Assembly (NCBI GenBank): GCA_030324005.1
Contig: JARDVH010000121.1
Coordinates: forward strand, 10,423,035-10,487,034
Length of the DNA stretch: 64,000 nt
DNA from: Negaprion brevirostris
Lineage: Eukaryota
Direction: 5' to 3'
Part shown: positions 38,700 to 51,790 of the stretch, in pieces
How positions within the stretch are numbered: position 1 is the stretch's first letter
How the letters are laid out: each line of letters opens with the position of its first letter
Made by a program: the position numbers and the translations under genes
The notes under the pieces: model-generated
What the model saw: the letters and a program-made list of their open reading frames with translations, nothing else
Databases searched by the model: none
Told to the model about the DNA's origin: nothing

Positions 38700-41200
38700 G
38701 CCAAAGGAGAAGGAAGGAATAGAAGTGGTGACAGAAATGTTCTCCGGTGTAAAATAAAGCAGGGAATTCCAATCAATACTGGGAAAGTGATGGTGTGAGT
38801 GATGGAAAACTAGCTATTCCAGGAACATGGTTAAACGTTGGAAACAGGATAGTTGGATTACAGTTGGGAGTGATGCCCATTGTAATAGGAAAGCCAGAAT
38901 AAAACCAAATAACTGAAGATATAAAGGAAAAGAAACACATCCTGGACTTGTTCTGGGCTATTTGGTGAGACGATTCCACAGCCAAACGTTAAAGGAGGAA
39001 AGGAGAGCAAAAGTCAAAGCTGAAGGAATTGAGGTCTGCTTAGGTTTGCACTCTGACGAGTTGGTAAAGAACAACGTCAGCAGAAAGGGGATCAGACAGA
39101 GGTGATTAGTTCTGAAAGGTGAATAGTTTTGCAACAGAAAAAAGAGGCCAGAAAGGATCCACATCTTTAAGCCTATAAGCAAAAGGAATCAGTGTATTCC
39201 AGAATGCTATTACTTTAAGGGATACAAAACTCTTAAGGCAGAAATGGAAAAACAGTTTTAAAAAGATTTTGAAAATGATGGAATTTCACCAGATTGTGTT
39301 ACCGGTTGAATACAGGCAGGCAGTATTGCGGATGGCACACGAATTCCCTGCAGCAGGTCACCTAGGATTCAGGAAGACTCAAAGAACAAAGAACAAAAAC
39401 AGCCCGGGCTAAGATACAAAAGCTTTTTTTGGCCGAATTAAAGAGATGGTGGTGAATTTTGCAATACATGTCATATGCTTGTCACACGGTAGGAAAGCCA
39501 CAGTCTGTTAAATCCCGGGCCTTGTATGCCAATTCCGGCACTTGAAGGATCTTTTGCACGGGTTACCACTGATTGTGTCGATCCTTCACTAAAACCAAAA
39601 GTGGAAATCAATATCTTATAACCTTAAAGGATATGTCAACATGGTTTCCAGAAGCAATTCATTACGGCATATCAAGGCAAAAAAAATATTGTGGGGGAGT
39701 TATTTGTTTTCTTCAAACGTATGGAGTGCCATGGAGATTCAGTCAGACCACGGGTCCAATTTACTGCCAAATTATTTTAGGAGGGCATGGATATTTTACT
39801 TATCAGACTCATGGCATCAATCACTTGTCACCCTGAATCCCAGGGTTCATGGGAAAGATTGTATCAGACCAAAACAAGACTACATTGAAGTCTTATTGCC
39901 AGGCTTTCCAATTGAATAGGACAGATGTATTATCCCCTTTATATTATTTGCTCTGACAGATGTTCCAAATGAATCGAATCACTTTACACCATTTGAATTG
40001 ATATTCGGGCACGAAGTAAAATAACCTTACAAATTAACCGTAGTCAGAGTTCTCACAGTTGAATTATGTGTCTGAGGTGAGAGAACGAGAGTGGTGAATT
40101 AGCTGACAAAATTTGAAGGTGATCCAGCAGATGGGAGAATTAAACTTCGTATGTTTACCCGTGGGGATTAAACAGTGGTGATATTAGCAGAGTCAAGTGA
40201 TTACTTCGAAGCAAAATTTAGTAGTCCATATCAGATTGAGAAAAAGTTAAGACGACTGAGTTATCTGGCAAAGATGTCAGATATGCCAACATTTTATCGT
40301 GTATGTGAAGTGAACATGGTAAAGAACAAGTCAATGTCTGAAAAAAGGGAACCAGCAAAACAGCAATTACTTGTTGACGTTCAGGTCTAGGAATGAAATC
40401 CTAAATGGATGTGGATTTTAATGTGCCTGAGAATAAGTTGAATCATGAAGAGTCATTCAGGAGTAGAAAGGGTACTGAGCTATTTGCCTCAGGGACAGAG
40501 AACTGAATTAAAACGTTTGCTGCAGTGCTGGAAGCATCTATGTCGGAATAGAATGTGGAGGACTAATGATATAGTTTCTGAGATTGGCGTAGGGAATGCA
40601 TATCCAATAAAACAATACTCCTGCCGGCTTGATCCTCTCAATGCAGCGCAGGTTCCGAATGAATTGGTTGCGGTGCTACAAGACAACATCATAGAGCCAG
40701 AGAAAAAGCCAGTGGAGTTCGCCAATCCTGTAGGTTCGCAAATCTGATGTTACTCAACGATTATCAGAAGGTTAACCATGTGATTATGGCTGATTCATAC
40801 CCAATTCCAAGGCTGAATGATTTCGTGGGAAATGTGGGACAAGCTACTTACACCACAAAGTTCGACTTACTTCATGGTTGCTGGCAAGCACCTTTATCAG
40901 AGAGAACAAACTAAGATCATGGTTTTGTTAGTCCAGATGGGCTACATCAATTTGTCACCCCTTTGGGGTGACAAAACAAACCGGCTACTTTCCAAAAGCT
41001 TATGAGCTGAATCTTCCAGCGTTGACTAATTGAGCTGTCTGGGTAGATGACTTACTGATATTTAGCCATTCGTGGAAAGATCTCAAAGATCATTTAGCAG
41101 AGATTTTTTTTCAGAGAGGGAACGGACTTCCCCCTTCATAACAAGATATTCTAAGAAAGATTCCGTTAAACAAATCAAAGCACGTGTTTGACAGAATTAA
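38700..41200 (+). mobile_element. Decayed Ty3/Gypsy LTR retrotransposon pol with integrase before RT (Gmr1-like)
   Basis: IN zinc finger AVLRMAHEFPAAGHLGFRKT...FW...FCNTCH (~39320-39480); core TKSGNQYLITLKDMSTWFPEAI and IQSDHGSN (~39590-39760); GPY-like FSSPYQIEKK (~40220). RT follows: PIKQYSCRL, DSYPIPRL, DLLHGCWQAPL, VWVDDLLIFS (~40600-41100). Confidence 0.85.
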
Positions 41201-41850
41201 GACTGAACTAAAAGGGGGTTATTTCAGTTCTACTGAGCAGAAACCGCCTTTCAAAAAGAGGTTAGACGACATTCAAGATGATTTTTTCGGACGAGAATAT
41301 GGAAGATGCTGGTGTTCCTGAACGTTGAAAGGACTACGTCCACGTCCTCTGGTAAAAATCAGCAGACTCGACTAAGATAACATGCAAAAAATTGAGGCGT
41401 TTATCACTTAAATCCATCTGCAGCCGCCAGTATATCTCTCATATGTTTGATAAAATAATCCCGAACGTTGTCCTATGATTAGCAATGTCAGGAGACCGCA
41501 GAAGGACAAAGAAAACGGTGTTGGTGTGTTCACTAATCTGTGACTACACCTGGCTTATAGCAGATCAAAATGAAGTCAATCAGCTGGAAAGGACGCGCGA
41601 AACTTTGAACAGATCATGTATTCGACAATAGTCATGTGCCCCGCATTTGCCAGGGAGAGATCGTCAACAAACAGCGTATCAGGCTGTCTCAAAGCAGCAA
41701 TTCAGCGTGCAACCTGAGAGATTACTTAAGAGGACGATTGCGTGTTGTGTGTGTGTGTGTGACATTGTATGTCTTTTTTGTGTTTTGCGTGTGTGTCTGT
41801 TATACGAATCGAAACAGGGCACAAGTTATCAGTAGAACATTTATGCATGT

Positions 41851-42110
41851 GAAATCAGAATTATTGTGGAAGTTGAGTTGTGGATAATAGTGAGATTAAA
41901 AACAGGTATAACACCAGCGTCTGATTATGTGAATGCTAGAGTACTTAAAGGGATGTTCTTCTAAAGAGTGAATGCATTTGCTGTCAGCTTCCAAGATTCT
42001 ATGTAGTCTGGATCATTTAATATTAGCTTAGATTACAAACTTGCGAATGTTAAACAACTATTTTAAAGGCAGATGGAGAGGAACCCACATTATAGGTCAA
42101 TTACCCTGAC
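41851..42110 (+). repeat. Left arm of a ~260-bp inverted duplication (partner 42997-43257)
   Basis: gaaatcagaattattgtggaagttgagttgtggataat...gagaggaacccacattatag matches the reverse complement of the partner closely. Confidence 0.9.
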
Positions 42111-42379
42111 GGTGCTCTGCATTTAATTAATTTATTTAATTCATTACCTCAAGGTTCTCTGCATTAATTAAATGCAGAGAACATTGGCAGAAATTGGCAT
42201 TGTCCGATATGGTAAATTAAGGGGAATATTTTGAATGACTATTTTCCTGAATATTTAGACTCCGTGGTGTGCTGTATGTGCTTAGAACTTTGAAGGTGGA
42301 AGCATTCTTTAACTTGGCCAATCATGTGTGATCTTGCGATCATAGCTGGATATATGGGCACAAAAGCAACAACGTCAGA

Positions 42380-44830
42380 TGTACATAGAAATATGAAATA
42401 CGAGCAAACATGCGTCATTTTTCACTTCCATCACGCACCCGCACACATTATGACAGTTAGCCTCTTCCTACCTCCACAAACGTAAATCCGTGTTTAGCTT
42501 TCATTCCAAGAATTATATTTCCTTCTTTTTTGAAGGCAAACTACTTTGTGAGGTAGTGAATTTCAGAGGTTTACCACTCTCTGACTGAAGTTTTTTTTTC
42601 CTTATCCTCAGAATGTGATGCCTTAATCTGGATTCTCCCCTCCCACCTACGTAAACATCCTCCCTGCATTACCGTTGCCAAGCCTTGTTAAATCCGTCCT
42701 CATTCTTCTGAACATGAGCAAATATAATCCTAACCAACCGATCTTTCTTCATACATAAGTCCTGCCATCCCATTTATCAGTCTGTATTCAACGCACTGCC
42801 TCTATAGACATATCATCCTTCCTCAAACAGGAACACCAAAACTAGACATAGCATTTCAGGTGTGCCTTCGTCAAGGACCTATGTAATTGAAACAATTAGA
42901 TATGTCAAGCACCAATTTTCTAGATTTTGTCACTGTTTGCATGTGTTGTGCTATCAAATCCTTTATGATAGTCTGCAGACTTTCCCATGCTACCGACGTC
43001 AGTGTGATTTATCTATAATGTGGGTTCCTCTCCAGCTGCCTTTAAAATAGCTGTTTAACATTCGCAAGTTTGTAATCTAAGCTAATATTAAATGATCCAG
43101 ACTTCATAGAATCTTGGAAGCTGACAACAAATGCATTCACTGTTTTGAAGAATACCTCTTTAAGTACTCTAGCATTCACCTAATCAGACGCTGGTGTTAT
43201 GCCTGTTTTTAATGTAATTATTATCCACAACTCAACTTCCATAATAATTCTGATTTCCTTGAGTTCTTCACACTCACTAAACATTGTACTCCCAAAGTTG
43301 CGAAACACATTTCCTCAATTGTGAAGGCAGAATCAAAGTATGTATTTAGTGTTCCCGCAATAGACTTGCTCCCCATTATAAATCCACCTGTTTCTGACTT
43401 TAAGACATCTGCATTTTTCCCTGATTTTTTTTTCTCTTTACATGCCTATACAGTCTCCTACAGTCAGACTTTATACCCTCAAAAATAATCTCTTACTCGA
43501 TATCTCCAGCCGTTTACTCTCTCATGCTGAATGTTGTATGGCACCCAATCCTCAGGTCTATTGCTCATTTTGATTATTTTTTTGACTGAATAATTTTTAT
43601 GTCCTTTTTTGGATGCATGACTACGGCCAATGTTCCTCATAACCCATGGATTAGCCACTTTTCCAGCTTTCCTTTGCCCGAGATTACAATTCAGCATTGC
43701 CACAATTCAGCCATGCACGCTTTGAATATTTACCATTGTCAAACTACCAGCTTCCCTGAACATCTCCCAGTTCATCATCGCCAACTGGGACATCATACAG
43801 TAATAATTTACGTTCTTTCGATTCAGGACACTGGTCTCTGAATCAAACATGTCACTCTCCACCTTGAAGAATTCTACCATCACCTCGTTAGCAAGCATAT
43901 GTGGAAGTATATTGTCAATTTCTTAATTTCCTATCGCACAATACCTGCAGTACTGCAATATTCCATTGATCCCACAACATATTGGTCGACAAAGCCATTC
44001 TGTATCCACTCCAGGAATTCATGCTCTATGGTATTGTCACTAATTTGATTTGCCAATACTTTGCCAGATTATACTCAGCCATCATTACAGAGATTCAATC
44101 ATTCATTGCATAGCTACATTTTTGTGCAATGTCATTCTCAACATCACGATTACAGTTTGGGGTTATAAATTTCTTTCTTTTAATTTATGTTGCCTCTGTG
44201 TTTCTCAGTTCAACCCACTGCAATTCCTCATCATGGCATCTCACTAATTTTATCACTATAGCGTTAATTTCACTTGATCTAACAACGGAGCTCTACCACC
44301 TTTATGGATATGCTGATTTTGGATAATCAGTGAGCATCCCTGTTCAGCCGAGTGGCACGCCTCCATAATCACAACTTTATCACGTGAATTGACATCTATT
44401 TGCGATTTATTCAGCTACTTCGTCGTGAATGCTCTACTGATTAAGGCAAAAAAAAATCTTAAGGCTTGTGTTGCAACTTTTTTAATACGATTCACAGTAT
44501 TTTACAGAGTGGTCATTTTGGTTTTGTTTCTCGATTTATCTGCCTGTCACTTTTCTGTTTCCCTTACTGTACATTGTTCTTTCCAAGACTCGTCCTCTCT
44601 TCACGAACTGCATTGGACTGCCCGACATGCAATTTCTATTAAGCACTTCCCAACGAATTTAGCAAATACACACCATAGGACATCAGTTCCGGTAATGTAC
44701 AGGTGAAAGTTGTTAAGCTTGCAATGATCCTGCCTCCTCCTGAATCGCTTACACAGTTCCTGTATTTCCTTCGAGCTCAGACATTCGCCCAGTATAATCC
44801 ACTGGTTTACGTTGATTAGTACTTGACATT
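42380..44830 (-). mobile_element. Decayed CR1 LINE (3' tail at ~42380 through ORF2 into the 5' part)
   Basis: Antisense CR1 motifs, e.g. ORF 43479..43703 PWVMRNI...KMSNRPEDW; ccattctgtatccactccaggaattc (EFLECIxDG-like antisense). Confidence 0.75.
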
Positions 44831-45009
44831 GATGGTGAGCTTAACATTAGTATGGTGGAGTTCTACATTTCAACTTGTTTGATAATGCAGAATAGCATTG
44901 GAAACTCTTGGAGCCGTCAATTGGCATCCTCAGATACTAGGCATCAGGGCATCCTGGAGCCTCCTTTGCAGCTATAAAAAACGCCTATCTATCCCCCTTA
45001 CGCGTGAAT

Positions 45010-45310
45010 CCTCTATTCTTCCTTCCTTCCTTCAATCCTCCCTTCCCTACTTCCTTCCTGCCCTCCCTCCCTTCCTTCCGTCCTTGCCACCTTCCTTCCT
45101 TCATTCCTTCCTTCCTTTCTTCCTTCCATCCTTTCTTTCTTTCTTCCTTTCCTCCTTCCTTCATCCCGTCATATCTCCCTTCTTTCTTTCCCTCCTTTTC
45201 TCCTTTCTTCCCTCCCTTCCTTCCTTCCTCCCTTCCTTCATTCCTTCATTCCTTCGTTCCTTCTTTTCTCCCTTCCTTCCTTCCCTCCATCCGCTCTGTC
45301 TCCTTTCTGT
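45010..45310 (+). repeat. Degenerate (CCTT)n polypyrimidine tract
   Basis: Direct reading; source of the PSFL-rich ORFs. Confidence 0.95.
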
Positions 45311-45317
45311 GGATGGC

Positions 45318-45600
45318 AGGGCGGCACAGTGGTAGATATTGCTGTGTCATGGCGCCAGGGACCTGGGTTCGAAACCAGCTTGGGTAGAGTCTATGTGAAG
45401 TTTGCACATTCTCTCCATGTCATTGTGGCTTTCTTGCGGATATTCCAGTTTCGTCCTATAGCTATAACGATGTACCAGTTAAGTGCACTGGCTATGCTAG
45501 ATTCTGCCTCAGCGCACCCAACAAGCTTCCAAGCATGACAACTAGGAGAGTTTCACAACGACATCGTTGTAGTAATAATGAAGACCTATTACCGAACAAA
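45318..45600 (+). mobile_element. tRNA-derived SINE
   Basis: gggcggcacagtggta...ccagggacctgggttcgaa...gtttgcacattctc. Confidence 0.75.
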
Positions 45601-45771
45601 TACAATTTAAACTATCGTTCGTCCCCTCAATCCTTCCTCCTTTCCGTCCTTCCCCCCTTTCTTCCATTTACCCTACATCTCTTCAAATCTTTCCTTATCT
45701 CCCTATGTTCTCACGTATTGTTTTCTTTTGTCGATTGTTTCCTGATTGGTGCATAATTACGTGCCTTACAG

Positions 45772-45807
45772 AACTGACAAAATTGAAAGGTGTTATTAGT
45801 GATTTGG
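45772..45807 (+). CDS. 36-nt phase 1-1 micro-exon candidate (E)LTKLKGVISDL
   Basis: gtgccttacag|AACTGACAAAATTGAAAGGTGTTATTAGTGATTTGG|gtaagt (consensus donor). Confidence 0.7.
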
Positions 45808-47896
45808 GTAAGTAAGTAAATTTTGTTTGGTTTTATTACCCAGCAAGGGATATATTAATTTAACTAAACGTTTGACGATGATATTGGAAGCATTAGCGTG
45901 AATGATTTCTAAGTAATCATCCACACTCAGGCCTGTTCAAATCATCAGTGTATTGAACTCCCACGCCAGTAGGGAGAAGTCATAAGGCAAGGCCAAATGC
46001 CACTCCATTGAGGCAAAGAAAATACATCAGCTTTTATACAGTTACTCGACCCATCTCGGCCGTAAACAATCCGATCCAAAAAGCTATTGATTTCTGTATC
46101 ATCCCCTCGATCCAACTGGAGTGACTATTCATCACAGTGGAGGCGTCCTGATGATCAGCAGTTATACCCTTGGCACCCTGGTAATGAATACCCGATTTAT
46201 CACTTAGAGATTTGGTTGGGATCCATGGGTATCTTTGCTAAGCATGCCATTACCTCCTCTTGTTCCAGTCCCTGACTTGGTGATGCGCATATAAGCATGG
46301 ATTATTTCCTTTCCGTCAACATGGGCGTCATCCCTTCACAAAACCACCTAACATTTTTTTTTCTCAGAATGAAATCCTGTNNNNNNNNNNNNNNNNNNNN
46401 NNNNNNNNNNNNNNNNNNNNNNNNNNNNNNNNNNNNNNNNNNNNNNNNNNNNNNNNNNNNNNNNNNNNNNNNNNNNNNNNNNNNNNNNNNNNNNNNNNNN
46501 NNNNNNNNNNNNNNNNNNNNNNNNNNNNNNNNNNNNNNNNNNNNNNNNNNNNNNNNNNNNNNNNNNNNNNNNNNNNNNNNNNNNNNNNNNNNNNNNNNNN
46601 NNNNNNNNNNNNNNNNNNNNNNNNNNNNNNNNNNNNNNNNNNNNNNNNNNNNNNNNNNNNNNNNNNNNNNNNNNNNNNNNNNNNNNNNNNNNNNNNNNNN
46701 NNNNNNNNNNNNNNNNNNNNNNNNNNNNNNNNNNNNNNNNNNNNNNNNNNNNNNNNNNNNNNNNNNNNNNNNNNNNNNNNNNNNNNNNNNNNNNNNNNNN
46801 NNNNNNNNNNNNNNNNNNNNNNNNNNNNNNNNNNNNNNNNNNNNNNNNNNNNNNNNNNNNNNNNNNNNNNNNNNNNNNNNNNNNNNNNNNNNNNNNNNNN
46901 NNNNNNNNNNNNNNNNNNNNNNNNNNNNNNNNNNNNNNNNNNNNNNNNNNNNNNNNNNNNNNNNNNNNNNNNNNNNNNNNNNNNNNNNNNNNNNNCCCCT
47001 CGATGTACCTGTCTCCGTTTTTTTTAAAGTATTGTTCCCAACTGGAATTCGAATTGGGTGAAGCATGCCATCCTGTTCCCCCGTAGATTGACACAACAAA
47101 CTCGTATTATCTTCTCTGCCCGTATCATGCTATGTCCTCCAGCTAGGGCACGCATGCTTTGTTGGGAAATTTTGGCGTAACTCTGCAGGTCTTCCTTCCT
47201 TTGTGATTTGGGAAATTCGCCAGGGACTCATGCTGACCACTTAATTAGATCCTAGTTTGACGGTTCAGCCACTCGCTGTGGTGTTGGGTTGCTTATGACT
47301 GCAACTGTCATGGTTTAAGGCACGGATATTGTTTGATAAAGCGGCTAGTCATCCTCCAATGTTACACACTAGCATTCTGGAGATTAAAAAAAAATACTCA
47401 TTTAACATACTTATGCGTAAAACATCTAAACTTTCTCTACGTATACATACATATATGCAGGTGCTCTGCCACATTTCCGTACTAACACGCCATTTTGGTA
47501 ATGGACTATCCCTTGTCCCATTTAACCGAATAAACCTGTAACCTTCCCAAACTTATTTTAAACAACCCCTTTTCGCCTGGTTATTTCCCGCCTGATCATG
47601 CTGGCCAATCACGTATTTCCTTTAATTCCGATCACATTTTCATCATCTCAATGTGTCTGTTGCCAATTCGAGTCTGCGCTATAATTGCCCTTTGATATTC
47701 CCTCACTTAAACTGACGTCCTTTTCCACAAAATGCATCCTTGGCAGGATCGACAGATCATTTCTCCTCATGTCTAACCTATCAATCGGGCTCCTACCAAT
47801 ATATGCGCAATCATTTGCATCCAACCATGGTTATCAACATTCGTTCCGCAATCCAATTTGTTCCACGTTTAGCTCCAGCTAGGCGTCTATTTCCAG

Positions 47897-47923
47897 AACT
47901 CCGATCTCATTTTCTAACTGTTG
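47897..47923 (+). CDS. 27-nt phase 1-1 micro-exon candidate (E)LRSHFLTV
   Basis: tctatttccag|AACTCCGATCTCATTTTCTAACTGTTG|gtaagg. Confidence 0.65.
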
Positions 47924-48546
47924 GTAAGGTTTAACGGACTGCGCAATTCGGAGTCTTAATTGTCTGAGCATTTCCACAAGATGGAGGATAGGGACTGATT
48001 TTGCCTTCTCGTATTCCTGTAGATTGTCACGGAGAGGATTAGGAAAGTGGGTGGACTCCTTCCTTCTCTGTATATGTGCAACATTCAAACGTTCCCTTTG
48101 AGGAATGGTCACTAGAGTTGAACAAAACAAAAATGAGTATCGTGTGGGGGAATGTGGACATGAAGTTTCAGTGGTTAAGACAACGCACTTTCCACTCCTC
48201 TGCTGAGGAGTTCGTGGTGCAAAAACAATTTCCGCTTCAAGTCCCGAACTATTACGAGAATGAAGGCATAAAACGATAGGGCTTATTTATCCAACAAAAA
48301 GAGCACGACAACTTTGATATACATTTGGAATATCTGACTGCTATGAAAGAAGATGCACAAACAGTTTGAATTCACACGTCCAGCCCACAAACATGACGGT
48401 CGGAAAGTACTTCACATTCACTCATACATTTCTGAGGTGCACGCAGTCAACCGCGTAAGGCAGTTGTTTCATAACATTCACGTAGCGATTATCCACATAA
48501 ATTGATGGGTTTCGTCCGATGAAACTCTGCATTTGCTCTCTTTTAG

Positions 48547-48573
48547 AAAAGTCTGGAAAGTTGCTGCCAGATG
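48547..48573 (+). CDS. 27-nt phase 1-1 micro-exon candidate (E)KSGKLLPD
   Basis: tttgctctcttttag|AAAAGTCTGGAAAGTTGCTGCCAGATG|gtgagt. Confidence 0.72.
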
Positions 48574-48983
48574 GTGAGTTGTAACAATGGCCATTCTACA
48601 TCGCAAGTTCAGTTACATCGTGAGTCATTTCATCCAAGGGATCAATTATTTGTAAAAACTCATCAGGCATTAATTGCTAGATAGTATAGGTGGTTTCTCT
48701 GGTTGGTATTATAAAAATGCTAATGTCACGTTAAATTACTAGTGTGATTTTAATTATGTCTGGCTGCAACAGAAAACAAAAATTTGTAGAATGTACTTCA
48801 AATTGCGGCAGCATCAGTTTTAATCTATACATTTCTTTCGTATTCAACACAAAAACGTGTGCCTGTTCTTGAAGAATTTCATGACGATTTCAAAAGTATT
48901 GCCGAATATTAAGCAGGGGTTTCTGTTTAAACAGCGATACACAAGCGTCAACTGAGTATCTATGTTTACTCTTTGCTTTACAG

Positions 48984-49010
48984 ACAAAACGCTCCTTGAC
49001 AAAACCATCG
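48984..49010 (+). CDS. 27-nt phase 1-1 micro-exon candidate (D)KTLLDKTI
   Basis: ctctttgctttacag|ACAAAACGCTCCTTGACAAAACCATCG|gtaagt. Confidence 0.72.
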
Positions 49011-50199
49011 GTAAGTTAGTTTGCTATAAGCATATTAACTTATTTACCAAATCACGAAAGTTGCTGAGGAAACAGCGTCGAATCAAGTTCATGTGATTCC
49101 GCTTTAAACATTTCGCCCCAAGCAAAGTACCCATTGATTCTCTTCCTGTTTGTTTGGCTTCATTCTTTGAATTGCTGTCCTCAGAAAATAGAATATTTGT
49201 CTGCCGATCTCAAACAATCTATCCCTATTCCCATCAATTGAGACCGCTTAATATCTTTCCTTATATCATCCTTGCTTCTTTTCTCAATCACCTTCAATCG
49301 GTGTACTCCAGTTCTCAAAGCGTCCGCCAATTGCAGCACTTACCCACCAACCAATCCTTATGAGACCCGTCATAATACTGTATGCCTCTTTAAACGATTC
49401 TAGTTAACCGTCCTTCTCCGATTTGGACATCCAGCACTTCTGCAACCTATCCATATACCCAAAGTCACTGGATCAATGAACTTGTTTGCAGACATTTTGC
49501 TGCATATTCACCAGTGGCATCAGCGCATGCTTAACATGCACAGAATTGGTCAGGTCACTGCAAACCTGTTTTCTTTTTTTTCTTGCAGTATTGTGAGCAG
49601 CAGCGACAATAATATTGCAATTTGCATTATTATTATCGCCATATTAAACCAAATGTGTGTATTATAAATTGATTATTGTTAATATCTTAATGGGCTTTGC
49701 ACCTCGCCTCACGCATTTACACAAATTATTCTCTAGAAACAGAGTCAGTATTGCCCAAGACATACAAAGAAATAACGTAAATTTTAAAGAGACGCCAGGG
49801 AATGTTCCCGTTATAATCTTTATCAACCCATGCACTTATGATGATAACTGAGGCCTTCCCAGGATCAATTCGTGTTCTGCGCCACTCTATTTTTTTTTAA
49901 TTTAATCCTGCTATATCCTTCTCAGCAGTTAACATTCTATCAGAACTAACATGACCCCACGATTTTTATCTTGCTTTCCACCAAATGGAACCTAGACCAT
50001 TTTTACGGCAATGTATCATCCCAACGCCCTCTCTTACTCTCGAGATTTCATAGTGCATCTCTCTCTCCATCCAATTCCGTTATGATACTTCCAGTCCTAC
50101 AGCCATTCGTTCTTGAACGGCTTTTATTCTGGAACACCTTATCATCCACTGCCCATATTCTAATAGCGTTATTTACTATCCAGGCCATATTATACGTAA

Positions 50200-51330
50200 G
50201 ACCACAAGACCCTAAAACTTCTGGTCAGTTCGGCCCCTCTAATCTGATCCTCAATTCAATAGCATTATAGCTGGTCCGACATTTTTCTCATCCATTTTCC
50301 TGTCTGGGACTTTTAAAGATGACGATATTACTGAGCAAAAAATTATTTAGTTCAATCCCTAAGTATACCGAAGGACAATATTTTCTTTGAAAGGGAATAG
50401 GAAGTCTCACAACCGTGGAAAGATAAACTGCACCTCTTAGTGTTTTACTTATGATCCTGGCCTATCCCAAGGAGGAATCTATCATTTCAGAATTTACACC
50501 GGCAGCTCCATTATGGATCATATATATATCAATGAGATTACCTATTACTCTTGACAATTTCAATGGGTAGACTGCCAGCCTGTTTACAATTTCCTCGTGA
50601 GGCCATCACTCTAGACCAAGCATTATCCTCTAAATGTTCTGAACTGTCCGCAATTACGTAATATTGTCATTCCTTAAGTAAGAGTACCACAGTGTTCACA
50701 GCCCTTCAGAGGATGTCTGGTCGGAGTCTTGTATAGCTAAAACTAGATTTGTCTCTTCTTATAACCCAGCTCACTTTAATAAAGGTCACATTCCATTTGC
50801 CTTCTTGGCTACCTGTTGTACCTATGTGCTAACGTTCTGTGTTTCCTGCACATTGGCACTTTTTTTTAGTAGATTCTCTCCATTGAATCAATACTTCTTC
50901 GGTTGTTCTCCATTGTGAATGAACAATTTCGTTCTGTCCAATGACGTAACCTAGAAGTATGTAAAAATTTGGTACCACATTCGTAAATTGTATTTTCGTC
51001 TATGTTTGTTTCGTCTGCAAAGTTGGCTACAGCACATTCATTTCCAACCTTCTAGTTTTTAAATAGATATTGTAAACAGTTATGAGTCCAGCACTGATTC
51101 CTATGGAATCCCGGTTGCTACATGTTGTCAATCTGAGAATGAACGACTTATCTCCACTCCTTGTTTCATGTCCATTACCCAATTATGTATCCATGTCAAA
51201 TTAGGACTTCCAAACATGGGCTTTCACTTCATGTCCCAGTCTCCATCTATTTTGTGACTTGCACGATTATCGATGTACGCTACGAACCATGTGGACCTAT
51301 TGTACAAATTGTTTCTTACTGTCTCCTCAG
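50200..51330 (-). mobile_element. Decayed CR1 3' region/RT
   Basis: Antisense gtttcgtctgcaaagtt (KFADET), ccagcactgattcctatggaatccc (GIP.GSVL); 3' tail near 50200. Confidence 0.75.
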
Positions 51331-51754
51331 CCATTATTCACACTTTTTGCATTTTCGCAATATTTATATTTCTTCACAACTTTAACATATGTTTTCATTG
51401 TTGCTGTTACACTATCGTTCTGACATCCTGAACTTGCTATAAAATCTTAGTTGCACTTGCAAACCGGTTTTATATTCCTTTCTAAGCACAGTTTAAAAAA
51501 GGCTATTCATGAACCAACAGTATTTTTAGCAAGACATTTACCAGTCCGAAGCCTCTAAGCGATGTTATACCGTCAAGAGGCACTAGATGTAAACTCCGGG
51601 TTAATTCCTTCTAGATCACGACCATATCTATTAGGTCAAATAAAATATTAATGACAATTACAAGATACCACCGTATTGCCTTGAAATAAAGAATAGTTCA
51701 GATTCAGCATGACACCCCATTGGCGGTAACAAAACATATGTTTTTCTTCTCCAG

Positions 51755-51790
51755 AACTAGAAAAGACGAAGGATAAACTTAAAGAAGCTG
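51755..51790 (+). CDS. 36-nt phase 1-1 micro-exon candidate (E)LEKTKDKLKEA
   Basis: gtttttcttctccag|AACTAGAAAAGACGAAGGATAAACTTAAAGAAGCTG|gtgaga; coiled-coil-like. Confidence 0.72.

Noticed and set aside
44898-45387. Long ORFs of 145 and 127 aa rich in P/S/F/L
   Set aside because: Translation of a CCTT low-complexity tract.
46297-47099. ORFs of about 250 aa
   Set aside because: Artefacts of translating through an N-gap.
46000-47320. Possible antisense LTR/ERV gag-like remnant around the large gap
   Set aside because: Only vague coding texture; no motif I can name.
9560-50700. CACAGTG heptamers as possible V(D)J recombination signals
   Set aside because: None seen with a 12/23-spaced ACAAAAACC nonamer; several lie in SINEs or LINEs; no V or J segments seen.
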